Below, piece after piece: positions 57,701 to 64,000 of a DNA stretch of 64,000 nt. This DNA comes from a virus: the IMG/VR virus record IMGVR_UViG_3300031603_000003, positions 1-64,000 of that record; one strand, given 5' to 3'. The position numbers were made by a program, and so were the translations under genes. Each line of letters begins with the position of its first letter. Positions within the stretch are counted from its first letter, which is position 1. The notes beneath the pieces were generated by a model, which saw only the letters and a list, made by a program, of their open reading frames with translations, did no database searches and was not told where the DNA came from.

Positions 57701-59201
57701 GGCGTGTCGTCTTACCTAGACTACTTATAGCTTTATCTGCTATAGCTCCTGGGCTGTAGTTACGAATATCAACTATTTTACCCTTACCGCCGAACCTACC
57801 TGGTAGGTTCTTGGCATAATAGATATGTCTATCCGCTAATAACTCTTTAAGTTTATGACCATCCTTGGCGGCCGTGTTAAGGTGTGGAAAGATTCGTGAT
57901 AACTTCGCCTGCTGTTCTAGTCCTACTGTAGGCTGTTGCCTTATATCGTGGAAAAAGCTAGCTGTCGTCATTTGTACACGTTGTTGTGTACTGTAATCAT
58001 AGTGTTTTAATCTTGCACGTTCGAAGCCTAAGTACTTACTAACTAATCGTTCTGTAAATGTTGATGTCTTCTTAGCATCGAACAGGTTAGTCTCAATGTG
58101 ATTAAGATAATCATCGGACATTCCAGGAGTCGCGAATGACTTAATTAGTTGTTGTTGATCGTCCTCGCGGCGTGACGCTATAGGTCCCATCCACCGTTTG
58201 AAATGACTAACACTGAAGTCGTCCATGGCGGACTTACGAGATCGGATGACCTTAGCTTGTGTCCTTACCTGCTCTTTGTACAGAGCACTTATGTCCTTCG
58301 CACCCTCCTTCTTACCAACAAACTTTAGGTGGGAAGTTTTAGTCCTATCCATGTGTACGCGGTAAGACTCACGTTCCTTAAGTGTTGTTTTGAGCGCGGC
58401 TTTGTGGACCATCGCTTTGTCAACGTACGGACGAATCTTGTTCTTATCTGATTTCCACCACTCTAATGCTTTGTTTACAGTAGCGACTACGGATTTCGTC
58501 ATACCATCTGGGTTAAGTTTGTTGTTTAAAAGCTTTGTTCCTATTATCTGGGCTCCGCCCATCATACCACGAGACATTGCATCATACCCGATGAACTCAG
58601 GAACGTACGTAGCTATGTCCCAGGCTCGTCCTGGTAGATTATACCATGCGATATCTCTCTTTTGTCGCTGAGCCGCAGTGTCGGTTGGGTGTCCGATGAT
58701 ACGGTCTACTCCATAGAAGAACGGGAATGCTACAACTGAATCCTTGGCGTACTTACCGGCCATACCCAATGCAATATCTGGGCGTCCCATGCCTGCTGTT
58801 TTGAATGTATCCCAACGTTCAACTATGTTCTTACCGTCTGTACGTCTTAAGTATTCTTTGTAGTGTGTATTAGTAACAGCTTTGTGTAATGCCCCGGCGG
58901 CTTTACCTCCAGGTAGCTTACCTCTGCTGAGGAAAACAGATAAACTATCATCGGCTTGGTGTGCCGCGTTGGCGGCTGCACGTACAGTCTTGGATACATT
59001 ACGACTTACGGCCGCTGATGCTATTAGTTTCTTCTTACCAACATTGAATGCGCCTTGAGCGCCCATGAATAGTACACCCCAAGTCGCGAACGACTTGACC
59101 ATACCAGTTAGCCCACTAGTTATAGCGGACGATACACCGGAGTCTTCGTAACCCTCCAGGGCTAGGGCAATATCTCTTGGATCAGCGGCCATTACGTCCA
59201 T
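51786..59201 (-). CDS. Tape-measure-like giant protein with intein and Cas4-like PD-(D/E)XK nuclease domain
   Basis: Directly after the tail chaperones; helical, Gly-zipper segments 'GAAIGFAIGGAPGALAG' and 'GAGGALVGGPFGATVGAAVG'; nuclease motifs 'GTAIH..E..YVDLV..EIKS..QLNAYM..IIYVNRD'; start could be 59192. Confidence 0.75.
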   Translation of the reverse strand: MDVMAADPRDIALALEGYEDSGVSSAITSGLTGMVKSFATWGVLFMGAQGAFNVGKKKLIASAAVSRNVSKTVRAAANAAHQADDSLSVFLSRGKLPGGKAAGALHKAVTNTHYKEYLRRTDGKNIVERWDTFKTAGMGRPDIALGMAGKYAKDSVVAFPFFYGVDRIIGHPTDTAAQRQKRDIAWYNLPGRAWDIATYVPEFIGYDAMSRGMMGGAQIIGTKLLNNKLNPDGMTKSVVATVNKALEWWKSDKNKIRPYVDKAMVHKAALKTTLKERESYRVHMDRTKTSHLKFVGKKEGAKDISALYKEQVRTQAKVIRSRKSAMDDFSVSHFKRWMGPIASRREDDQQQLIKSFATPGMSDDYLNHIETNLFDAKKTSTFTERLVSKYLGFERARLKHYDYSTQQRVQMTTASFFHDIRQQPTVGLEQQAKLSRIFPHLNTAAKDGHKLKELLADRHIYYAKNLPGRFGGKGKIVDIRNYSPGAIADKAISSLGKTTRLGPALDTLYPIRGLLGQDLPMFIPIHNTLPISGMTGANVTDEGLKSGAYLMNADSPRQAFKFSGQAGGKGNLPGVLIRTPGKRSYTLFGPDLAMQNTVELANNIRPFASALSKKGGKIVYQSAGFLPPRDPDRMDKTSPFRQWLHQKFDLGASQGANASIFEMVSSALMPNDPTKPHYMLDKIKSNIAKFDSKAKISPLMGKQLMVELAGAGTMFAGIEKEAYDKVFLGSDSIYSTLLTTGHGSLLLDNIPNVDIRSAIRGNRTKLSTEDFLAEIQDDVVKSRKVVKYLMAQTGDSPVSKASISVSNSAYIKEHLLDSPESFLQGSGRGESPHQKMLRYIADVSTNFELSFSTPDGSTAVDRAIAAVKARTGSRFSDKELSLVQMVKHSKTYKKLLQAEDLGPLMGMKTNTEAQSEYRPTVNKLIEIVQEAQHSDEATAYLKQIHPLKQFNDQHVGRAAQLSEIKKLTSETQFVAVDNSIGGWFKFGSTYTYETFGTVLDWVGLGWDRGKYKDILPQRGDKGHSSWLGLMGRRAALMAGIELTYDFADTVTDTLPVFEGTALDEGITVGVADQAVRLRLLAAKVYDITGVTAGAKYLEGLMPKSTSTLPGAAIGFAIGGAPGALAGAVINRWLQPTMAEGPLGFLSIIPLAAPFVTDMTKSYDELRDIYSGKELVPVRKGAGWTLGSTPIEGGRTMAVLPNWYARMKAQVSSSPVQYGSPWEEFIFKDRSIIDFSIGDLIDPQYLTRKHYFDRPYMEPDVPFSEVPLVGPILGATAGRLYNFLHPMGTNSLMHLEDARSELGAGVTGKGKGAHEGKALAGFSQYKGVLGGFDTDAPRIIPGMGVVADEYIARATSPRAIISESVYRGLIEAPGLTGFLSSQAFWGGDEPFVDETYLTSSSAIDSTARKLWDANLGDLLFLNEGIRRLYPRPRTSFNQANPIPNQMPTWLPEEFRTGDPYCVTDDTEIEVLGGLKRADEIEEGDLVRTTRGRYVPVSAILPRPVKERVYVIKLKHTDTLIRVTSEHPFLVSDNGHYVKAENLTKKHRVRYPLRDLRTTAPAVHTEMSTRRSGVVTGGYAFTLGIILAYGKYEDEHIKLINCPIDHGEIVHLVDTYFGVSVNRDNSFRSGAVAELLEQMQTYGIPDELYAVGTPALLQFTRQFLTTNMRGMELTFEMPTRNLAYQIWSHLAQLHIHGVLEGNTVQVYGKSAVTLHHILTGERVYDRGQITGNELPSTILRVIGNKQYMSLGIEWIKRERYDGLVYGFEVDTDDSFCVGCVCTHNTKRPLGEYILPGSGYEATHETTIDFPSGISRLGSSAFDQAMGFLGLNQFDEDAIEIMEGGTAIHRMVQTALKAENRAIKTEALITDPENRLSSYVDLVFPTVDKVGSPGEIKSISAAGFSKLRAPKRANVVQLNAYMHIMGAQSGKIIYVNRDDPSQVKSFFTRYNADMWDDSINTLNQARGMAAGYLEEGYGQAAGGYSYTDRFEVLLNTSPFSKEFREIGQIVEEQAERGMLTDSQVNRLDMLKRHAKGVVNKYEMYDKRFQGTDWIAPSAEYTSYNLNENIRAAAEYSLTERAVGAVWEKLMSYRTPLHTKFFGVYSPEEMYDNEVVLGKGFQGWGNPVESFIKPWTRGALSATGPVQGALSWGAGGALVGGPFGATVGAAVGAAYGTAHGLARTITGTEYKPDHFEELSEYSEYFDVVKYDKASRMYDLTKDSRYLRQMSQTAVGFGAFAQNPEEMNQTNRYAYQAYNMQGTPNYGHHSPWGGQDTAGDTSYRAQLDLGVTFSAIPYWDRPFFTAFMNERDPERRQQILRKVDASMARVLSKTWNESRDSAFDATQYFETHQRPLATDPIMQPSANMDFFEMKTVESAGLDSHDFGLGWRDQVKAAEQSLLKSRALDIHAPSSGQSSVDIDIPEIQGYITQQLTMSGMTFTVEVTDTPSAGAEGIKLEVEIQRDSAREISRRTRG
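53856..54824 (-). mobile_element. Intein (323 aa) with degenerate LAGLIDADG region
   Basis: Block A 'CVTDDTEI', block B 'VTSEHPF', block F 'VYGFEV', block G 'CTHN' followed by +1 Thr; 'LGIILAYG' is a decayed block C. Confidence 0.92.
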
Positions 59202-59796
59202 GCTTTATAGCTTCTGCGAGTACATTGGTAGTTTCCGCGAGCTTCTCGGGTGTGATACCACGTTTAGCCATAGACTCTGCGTCCATGGTGACAGGTTTAG
59301 AAGTAAGCTCTTGTGTCTCGGTCAAGATAGATTGCTTCGTAGCTAGTTCAAGTACAGCCACGGTACGGAATAGATGTTCAGGTGTCATTTTAAGTAACTG
59401 AAGTAGATCTATACCGGGGTACACAGCGGCTGCCTTGACCGCTATGGCGTACGTGACGGCTTTCTCTGAATGTTCTGATGCCCACGTACGGGAAACCTCC
59501 ACGAGAGCATCATATGCTTCCTCTGAGAGTCCAATATTAGAGGTTGCGGATTCAGCTATGGTCGAGTATGAACCGGCGAGAGTTAACGGAGCGTCGGGGC
59601 CATGTAACACTACGGTCTTAAAGATCGCTTCTGCCCAATCTGATGTTGGTAGAGATGTAGATAAATCCATAAACGCCAAGTACTCCATGGTGTTAAGGGA
59701 TCTATAATAAATACGTTGTGATTCTATAGTCACCGCGTGTACGGCACCGTATTCAAACTTCCACTTTAATAATTGTGTTTCGTCTACTTTAGCCAT
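59182..59796 (-). CDS. Tail assembly chaperone paralog 2
   Basis: 'KWKFEYGAV..RIYYRSLNTMEY' aligns with the upstream paralog; immediately precedes the tape measure gene. Confidence 0.7.
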   Translation of the reverse strand: MAKVDETQLLKWKFEYGAVHAVTIESQRIYYRSLNTMEYLAFMDLSTSLPTSDWAEAIFKTVVLHGPDAPLTLAGSYSTIAESATSNIGLSEEAYDALVEVSRTWASEHSEKAVTYAIAVKAAAVYPGIDLLQLLKMTPEHLFRTVAVLELATKQSILTETQELTSKPVTMDAESMAKRGITPEKLAETTNVLAEAIKHGRNGR

Positions 59797-59800
59797 GATA

Positions 59801-59840
59801 TAAAAAGAGGCGAGAATCGACGTATGCCGAGCCTCGCCTC
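59801..59840 (-). terminator. Intrinsic terminator-like hairpin between the two chaperone genes
   Basis: - strand GAGGCGAG-GC-TCGGC-ATAC-GTCGA-TT-CTCGCCTC-TTTTT. Confidence 0.75.
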
Positions 59841-59864
59841 AATACTCCTACTTGGACGTTTGGT

Positions 59865-60248
59865 TTAAAGCGTGACTGGTTCCGCCGCATTTCCAAAACC
59901 TGCTAAGATCAGCATGTTCTGTGATAGGGTGGACGCTAGTCCTGCTGCACGTTCGAAGTCGATGTCCTTATAGACTGGGAACAGAATTAGTTGCTGTACA
60001 ACATTCTCTTCCGCATCTGCGCCTGTAAGTAATCCGTCGGTTAGCATTTGTGTATGCTCACTCTTAGATAGTTGTCGGTAGATATAAGCTTTAGTTCCTA
60101 CTACTGACATCTGTAGAATACCAAACTTCTCCTTCCAGCCGGCGATCACCTCTTTAGAGGGTGTGTCCATTGCTGGTTCCACTGCTGCTGCTGTTACTTC
60201 CTCGGTAGGAGCTGCGGTGTTGTCTTTCTTTGCTACTTTGTCACTCAT
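59865..60248 (-). CDS. Tail assembly chaperone paralog 1
   Basis: 'GWKEKFG..YIYRQLSKSEH..ILFP..AGLASTLSQNMLILAGF'; AAGGAG RBS. Confidence 0.75.
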   Translation of the reverse strand: MSDKVAKKDNTAAPTEEVTAAAVEPAMDTPSKEVIAGWKEKFGILQMSVVGTKAYIYRQLSKSEHTQMLTDGLLTGADAEENVVQQLILFPVYKDIDFERAAGLASTLSQNMLILAGFGNAAEPVTL

Positions 60249-60289
60249 ATGAGATCTCCTTGTTATGTTCGATTAATGGTATGGCAGGG

Positions 60290-61108
60290 TCAAAGTGTGA
60301 GTTTGTTCGCGAGAGCATTAAACGCAGCCCCGCCAAATGGTGTTGGTATTATCTTATATAATACCCCTTGAGAATTGGCTTCATATACATACCATATAGT
60401 ATGCTGTCCAATCTCTTGGATTATAAGTTGTTGTGGGGCTGTCTCTCCGTCGTCATTTGCAAACTGCGATGTGGATGACAGATGTTGTAATAGTGCTGTA
60501 AGATCGGTCCAGCTATCTGACGGTAACTGTACTTGTACTGAGGTATTATCTACATTGGTAATTGTATATATAGGGTCACCAGCTGTGAGTATTGGAGGTG
60601 TCCATACTATGTTCCAGACTTTATATACATTACTTGGTATTTGTGATACTACTAATTGTTCGTTTTGGTCAACAGGTACTGCTTCTGAGAACGGTGTAGT
60701 GATAGCTTCGTAATTGGTTAGCATACTCCATGCTATGAATTGGTATGCCGTTTGTATTGGTTGTCCGTCGGAGTTCGTCACCATCTGCGTACCGGTGACA
60801 CGAATTGATAGTAAATCAACGATGCGCGATAGTCCGCCAGTAAACCTAGGAGTAAACAATAACTTAAGATCTGCACCTTCGAAGTTCACGGGTTGTGTGG
60901 AATTCAACGCAAAAGACCCACTAACCAAGGCTTTACCTTGTGCGTACCCTACTGTGTTACCTTTAAAGTACGTGTACTGTGGTATAACTTCGGTATTTAC
61001 TTGAAAAGTTAGGGAAGCACAATCCAGAGTGGAGAGTACCCCATCGACTGTGGTTGCTTTGACTATCAGGTCGGCACCAGTAGCATGTATATTAATCATT
61101 AGGTGCAT
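60290..61108 (-). CDS. Tail-tube-fold protein 4 with C-terminal extra domain
   Basis: 'TGADLIV..GKALVSGSFALN..SDGQPIQTAYQFIA'. Confidence 0.68.
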   Translation of the reverse strand: MHLMINIHATGADLIVKATTVDGVLSTLDCASLTFQVNTEVIPQYTYFKGNTVGYAQGKALVSGSFALNSTQPVNFEGADLKLLFTPRFTGGLSRIVDLLSIRVTGTQMVTNSDGQPIQTAYQFIAWSMLTNYEAITTPFSEAVPVDQNEQLVVSQIPSNVYKVWNIVWTPPILTAGDPIYTITNVDNTSVQVQLPSDSWTDLTALLQHLSSTSQFANDDGETAPQQLIIQEIGQHTIWYVYEANSQGVLYKIIPTPFGGAAFNALANKLTL

Positions 61109-62114
61109 GTCCGTATAATATAGCTCTAAAATGATGGAGCAATTCTGTTAGGTCTGCGGGTGCACCTATATTTATGTAGTCAACGAATCCAATTAAATCG
61201 TAATATACTCCGCCAGCGGCTTCTATGAACATCAGCCAACATACTCCTGGTTGATCGATGTCAGCTAGTGGTGTAGTATATTGTTCCATGAACATACTTA
61301 TAGCCTCAGCCCGTAGATGACCAAGGTTTGGAGGCCCAATAACATTCTCTAACATCGGAAGATTAACGACTATCTCTTTGTGCTTTGTTGCGGTATATCT
61401 ATTGTCTTCTTGCCGATACCAGTTACCCGTACCTGAGTCATTACGGAAATCAACACCTGCTTCGGCGAAGTCAGTTGCGAGTGTTTTGAGTTGTAAATAA
61501 CTAACTGTGACTGGGTGAGGGTCTTCTGTATCGTTGTCTAGTATTTGCCATAAAGATATATGTGTATTCATACCTACAGGCACGGGGTCGGGTACAATTT
61601 CTATGATCGCAGGTACTACGGCTTCGGGTTCTACTTCTACTTCTACTTCTGGTTCTACTGGTGTGCGTACAACCTCTGGTACAGGTATGGCTATGAACGA
61701 GTCATCCACCACGGAGTTTCCTATTACGCCTATGAAGTTGTAGATAGTACTGGTTGGACCGCCGTCGGCGGTGACCTGAACCTGCTGACTCTGTATATGC
61801 ACGTGGTTAATAATTAGAATCTTCGCTTTACCGTATATTGGTAGCGGTTGTACATATAAATTAAATAATACTGTATAAGGATAATCATTGAACCATTCAG
61901 GTTCTTCACCAAGGACAATGGCTATGGTACCTTGAGTCAGGCTCTCACCGTCGGCGAATGCTCCAGGTACGACGGTATTATGTCCGAAGATAGCTTCTTT
62001 AGATGTTACTTGTGATACGTTAAAGTATGGTGCAGAAAGGGGGATAGGGGCATCTTTATTTAATTGAATCCCTACCTGTATATCGGCCCCGCAGTAATAT
62101 TCCGGCTCGTACAT
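61092..62114 (-). CDS. Tail-tube-fold protein 3 with P/E/V linker and C-terminal extra domain
   Basis: 'YYCGADIQV..GESLTQGTIAI..ADGGPTSTIYNFIG', then 'VEPEVEVEVEPE'. Confidence 0.68.
   Translation of the reverse strand: MYEPEYYCGADIQVGIQLNKDAPIPLSAPYFNVSQVTSKEAIFGHNTVVPGAFADGESLTQGTIAIVLGEEPEWFNDYPYTVLFNLYVQPLPIYGKAKILIINHVHIQSQQVQVTADGGPTSTIYNFIGVIGNSVVDDSFIAIPVPEVVRTPVEPEVEVEVEPEAVVPAIIEIVPDPVPVGMNTHISLWQILDNDTEDPHPVTVSYLQLKTLATDFAEAGVDFRNDSGTGNWYRQEDNRYTATKHKEIVVNLPMLENVIGPPNLGHLRAEAISMFMEQYTTPLADIDQPGVCWLMFIEAAGGVYYDLIGFVDYINIGAPADLTELLHHFRAILYGHAPND
61629..61658. repeat. Short hexamer tandem repeat (TTCTAC)n encoding an (EV)n linker
   Basis: TTCTAC x3, TTCTGG, TTCTAC. Confidence 0.7.
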
Positions 62115-62119
62115 GGGAC

Positions 62120-62674
62120 TTATTCTTCGTCTGGTTCTTCATTATTGTAGGGAGCCAACAAATCTTCAATATAGTCGGTAGTTGCTTTTCTAATATCTTT
62201 CATATCTCTTGCTAGATATTGTACTACCGTCTCTGTGAATCCTTCATCGATTCCTAAGGTAACTCCTGGATCTATGAATGTTACATCCGTTAACTCGAAG
62301 TGTAGTAGATTACCAGTTGGTCCTACTATGATACCAATTACGTTGCATGGAGGTAATTGATCAAGTTTTGTATAGTTATGAGCCTTACCGGTAGTTGCAT
62401 CTATATCACTGAAAAGATCGTGTATTAAACCTTGATCTACGCTATTAATGAATATCATACTGCCCGCTATAGTACGAGGGCCGTACGTAAAGCCAGTGGC
62501 ATTAACTTGTCCAAGTGATCGTACTGGAAACTTCTCCCTGTGTACTGAAATTGAAAGTGTTGCGAGATTCTCTTGCCGTACACCTATGTCTGACCACTCG
62601 AACATAACTTGAACATCAACGCCAGAGTATGCCATTAATGTGTTTTCACCTGTGGTGTATTCGAAGTCAGCCAT
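62120..62674 (-). CDS. Tail-tube-fold protein 2
   Basis: 'YSGVDV..LSISVHREKFPVRSLG..GPRTIAGSMIF..DQLPP'. Confidence 0.8.
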   Translation of the reverse strand: MADFEYTTGENTLMAYSGVDVQVMFEWSDIGVRQENLATLSISVHREKFPVRSLGQVNATGFTYGPRTIAGSMIFINSVDQGLIHDLFSDIDATTGKAHNYTKLDQLPPCNVIGIIVGPTGNLLHFELTDVTFIDPGVTLGIDEGFTETVVQYLARDMKDIRKATTDYIEDLLAPYNNEEPDEE

Positions 62675-62693
62675 GGTAGTCCTAAGCGGACGT

Positions 62694-62716
62694 TCCCCTC
62701 ACAGTGTGTGAGGGGA
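62694..62716 (-). promoter_or_regulatory. Perfect 10-bp hairpin after the major tube gene
   Basis: TCCCCTCACA-GTG-TGTGAGGGGA, extendable by flanking GGAC/GTCC; no U-tract. Confidence 0.55.
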
Positions 62717-62742
62717 TTAGTCCTTTATCGAGGGAGCAGCGA

Positions 62743-63372
62743 TTATGTAGTTAAAGCCTTCCACCAGGTTACACCTGTTGCCACGAATGTCAACTGTGAT
62801 TCCTGGGTTGCATCGTCTACAGATACTCCAGTACCTTCAGAAATGAGGATGACATTATGAATCGTCATGTACATTCCATGTCCAAAGGAGTTGCGAGCCA
62901 CTAATGTGATCTCGAATGGAGGTAATTCATCTGCGTATTCTGGACGTTTCGTAGACTGGTTACCTAACTGTTCGAACTGTATAGCTAGATCCGAGGTGGC
63001 AGTAGCATTTTCTAACTGCTCATCTGTTAGGTTAGATGCATTTAGTACAGCTGACCTGTCGGTGCCTAGATCATTGTGCTTTTTATCATGAATCCAGGCT
63101 TCTTCAGTCAAGATATGCCCAAGAGCGTGTCTATCGAAAGTGTTAAGGATGATTGAACCAGCAATACCACGTTTACCGCGGCTGAAAGATACAGCATCTT
63201 CATTACCCATCACGAAGATGGGACGAACCTCACGGTTCACTGAGACGCTTAATCCCTGCAGGTTACCAACTTCAACATTACCGAAAGCAGCTTTAATATC
63301 AGAACCGGCAAAAGTTGTGTAGGATGCTACGGCACCTTTTGCTGGGTCACTTGTGATGTCAAAATTACTCAT
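62743..63372 (-). CDS. Major tail tube protein
   Basis: Directly after sheath; 'FAGSDI..LQGLSVSVNREVRPIFVMG..SRGKRGIAGS..YADELPPFEI..TFVA'. Confidence 0.85.
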   Translation of the reverse strand: MSNFDITSDPAKGAVASYTTFAGSDIKAAFGNVEVGNLQGLSVSVNREVRPIFVMGNEDAVSFSRGKRGIAGSIILNTFDRHALGHILTEEAWIHDKKHNDLGTDRSAVLNASNLTDEQLENATATSDLAIQFEQLGNQSTKRPEYADELPPFEITLVARNSFGHGMYMTIHNVILISEGTGVSVDDATQESQLTFVATGVTWWKALTT

Positions 63373-63394
63373 TGTTGTTCAACCTTATTATAAG

Positions 63395-63423
63395 GGACAT
63401 TGCCCGGTTTCCCGGGCTTGTCC
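63395..63423 (-). promoter_or_regulatory. GAAA-tetraloop hairpin between sheath and tube genes
   Basis: - strand GGACA-A-GCCCGG-GAAA-CCGGGC-AA-TGTCC. Confidence 0.6.
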
Positions 63424-63481
63424 ATATCTAATAGCTCAGGGGCTGTATTCAATTTGTCAATCCTTACCATTATGGTATGTC

Positions 63482-64000
63482 TTAGACAAAGTCGGCTTCA
63501 GCGGCGCGCAATGTTGTAGTAACATTAAACGCACGTACTTCGCCGGCAGGTGCAACCTGCAGCTGAACATCAATTGCTTTCATTGCTTTGGCTAGAGGAT
63601 CCACATTGATAGCTAGGCGGAAAGCCGTTACTTCGTTAGGGACCATTAAGTCATAGGCACTTCTTAGCGCATTGTCTAGTGCGGTGATTGCTAAGCGATC
63701 TGGGGATTTACCCAGGTAACTACGCCCAATAGCTGCAGCACTGTGGAGCATCTTCTCGACCATCCAGAATGTACTGATTAACTGGTAATCAGACGACTCT
63801 GCGGCGAGTAAGAGTCCGTCGGATAGACGGATTCCACCGGCTTCAGCGATACCAACATTGATGCGAGCATCAGATAAGGCATCTACTTGGCTGGTACCTG
63901 CAGATGTACGTTCCGTGAAGGCCCCGCGTAATCTACGAGCATTGCTCAAGTACTTGGTGTATACAGCTTCTGAAGAGTCAGAGGCTGCTAGCAAACCAGC
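63482..64000 (-). CDS. Tail sheath protein, C-terminal part (5' end outside the window)
   Basis: 'QVDALSDARIN', 'SDYQLIST..V', 'YLGK', 'IDVQLQVAPAGEVRAFNVT' typical of the sheath C-terminal domain; upstream of tube. Confidence 0.85.
   Translation of the reverse strand, partial: AGLLAASDSSEAVYTKYLSNARRLRGAFTERTSAGTSQVDALSDARINVGIAEAGGIRLSDGLLLAAESSDYQLISTFWMVEKMLHSAAAIGRSYLGKSPDRLAITALDNALRSAYDLMVPNEVTAFRLAINVDPLAKAMKAIDVQLQVAPAGEVRAFNVTTTLRAAEADFV

Larger units (their letters stand above)
1..64000. mobile_element. Segment of a large myovirus-like bacteriophage genome (replication/accessory block plus tail-baseplate operon)
   Basis: Dense overlapping ORFs with ATGA/TAATG coupling; sheath-tube-chaperone-tape measure-hub-baseplate J gene order; many small orphans; no typical cellular housekeeping operon. 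Confidence 0.93.

Noticed and set aside
59855-59875. TTTAAAC slippery-like heptamer at the stop of chaperone 1 (possible G/GT -1 frameshift)
   Set aside because: The heptamer is out of register with the reading frame (CTT TAA), and the -1 frame hits TAG and TGA before the downstream ATG
63420-63460. TTGACA as a sigma-70 -35 box for the tube gene
   Set aside because: No acceptable -10 hexamer 16-18 nt downstream
12788-63595. Numerous + strand ORFs of 60-217 aa antisense to the structural genes, and - strand ORFs antisense to the 1-12 kb genes
   Set aside because: Shadow ORFs of long coding frames, with no motifs and biased S/T/L/P composition
1-64000. Stop-codon reassignment as in some large phages
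   Set aside because: Standard-code ORFs tile both blocks almost without gaps, and TAA, TGA and TAG all appear as apparent stops
33767-64000. Bacterial extracellular contractile injection system or tailocin rather than phage
   Set aside because: Linked replication genes, intein, orphan-rich accessory block and giant tape-measure/RNAP-like genes fit a phage better; capsid and terminase are simply not in this window, so this is not formally excluded

Overview
The whole window is a 64-kb slice of a large tailed (myovirus-type, contractile-tail) bacteriophage genome, read in the standard code with strong GGAGG-type ribosome-binding sites. It holds two convergent blocks that meet at a hairpin terminator near 11.94 kb. 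The + strand block (1-11913) carries replication and accessory genes: a RecD2-like helicase, a DnaX-like clamp loader, a MoxR-type AAA+/VWA-HExxH pair, a Cas4-like PD-(D/E)XK protein, a stand-alone sigma region-4 HTH, NADAR-like and WGR-like small proteins, and hypotheticals. The - strand block (11969-64000) is a tightly coupled tail and baseplate operon: sheath C-terminus, four tail-tube paralogs, two paralogous tail chaperones, three giant proteins (2471, 2752 and 2417 aa), baseplate W/J-like genes, a long run of paralogous wedge/fibre proteins with FN3, LamG and CBM domains, a membrane protein and a terminal Vsr-like endonuclease. The most striking signal is in the giant tail genes. The 2752-aa ORF carries, in order, a complete DEDDh 3'-5' exonuclease motif set and the motifs of a single-chain two-barrel RNA polymerase (FES-x-LVV, GxK..K, RxP, ADQDGD). 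The adjacent tape-measure-like ORF carries an intein and an apparently intact Cas4-like nuclease. Together they suggest a tail-delivered transcription and nuclease module. All family calls come from motif reading by eye; no searches were run. No tRNA, rRNA or CRISPR array was seen.
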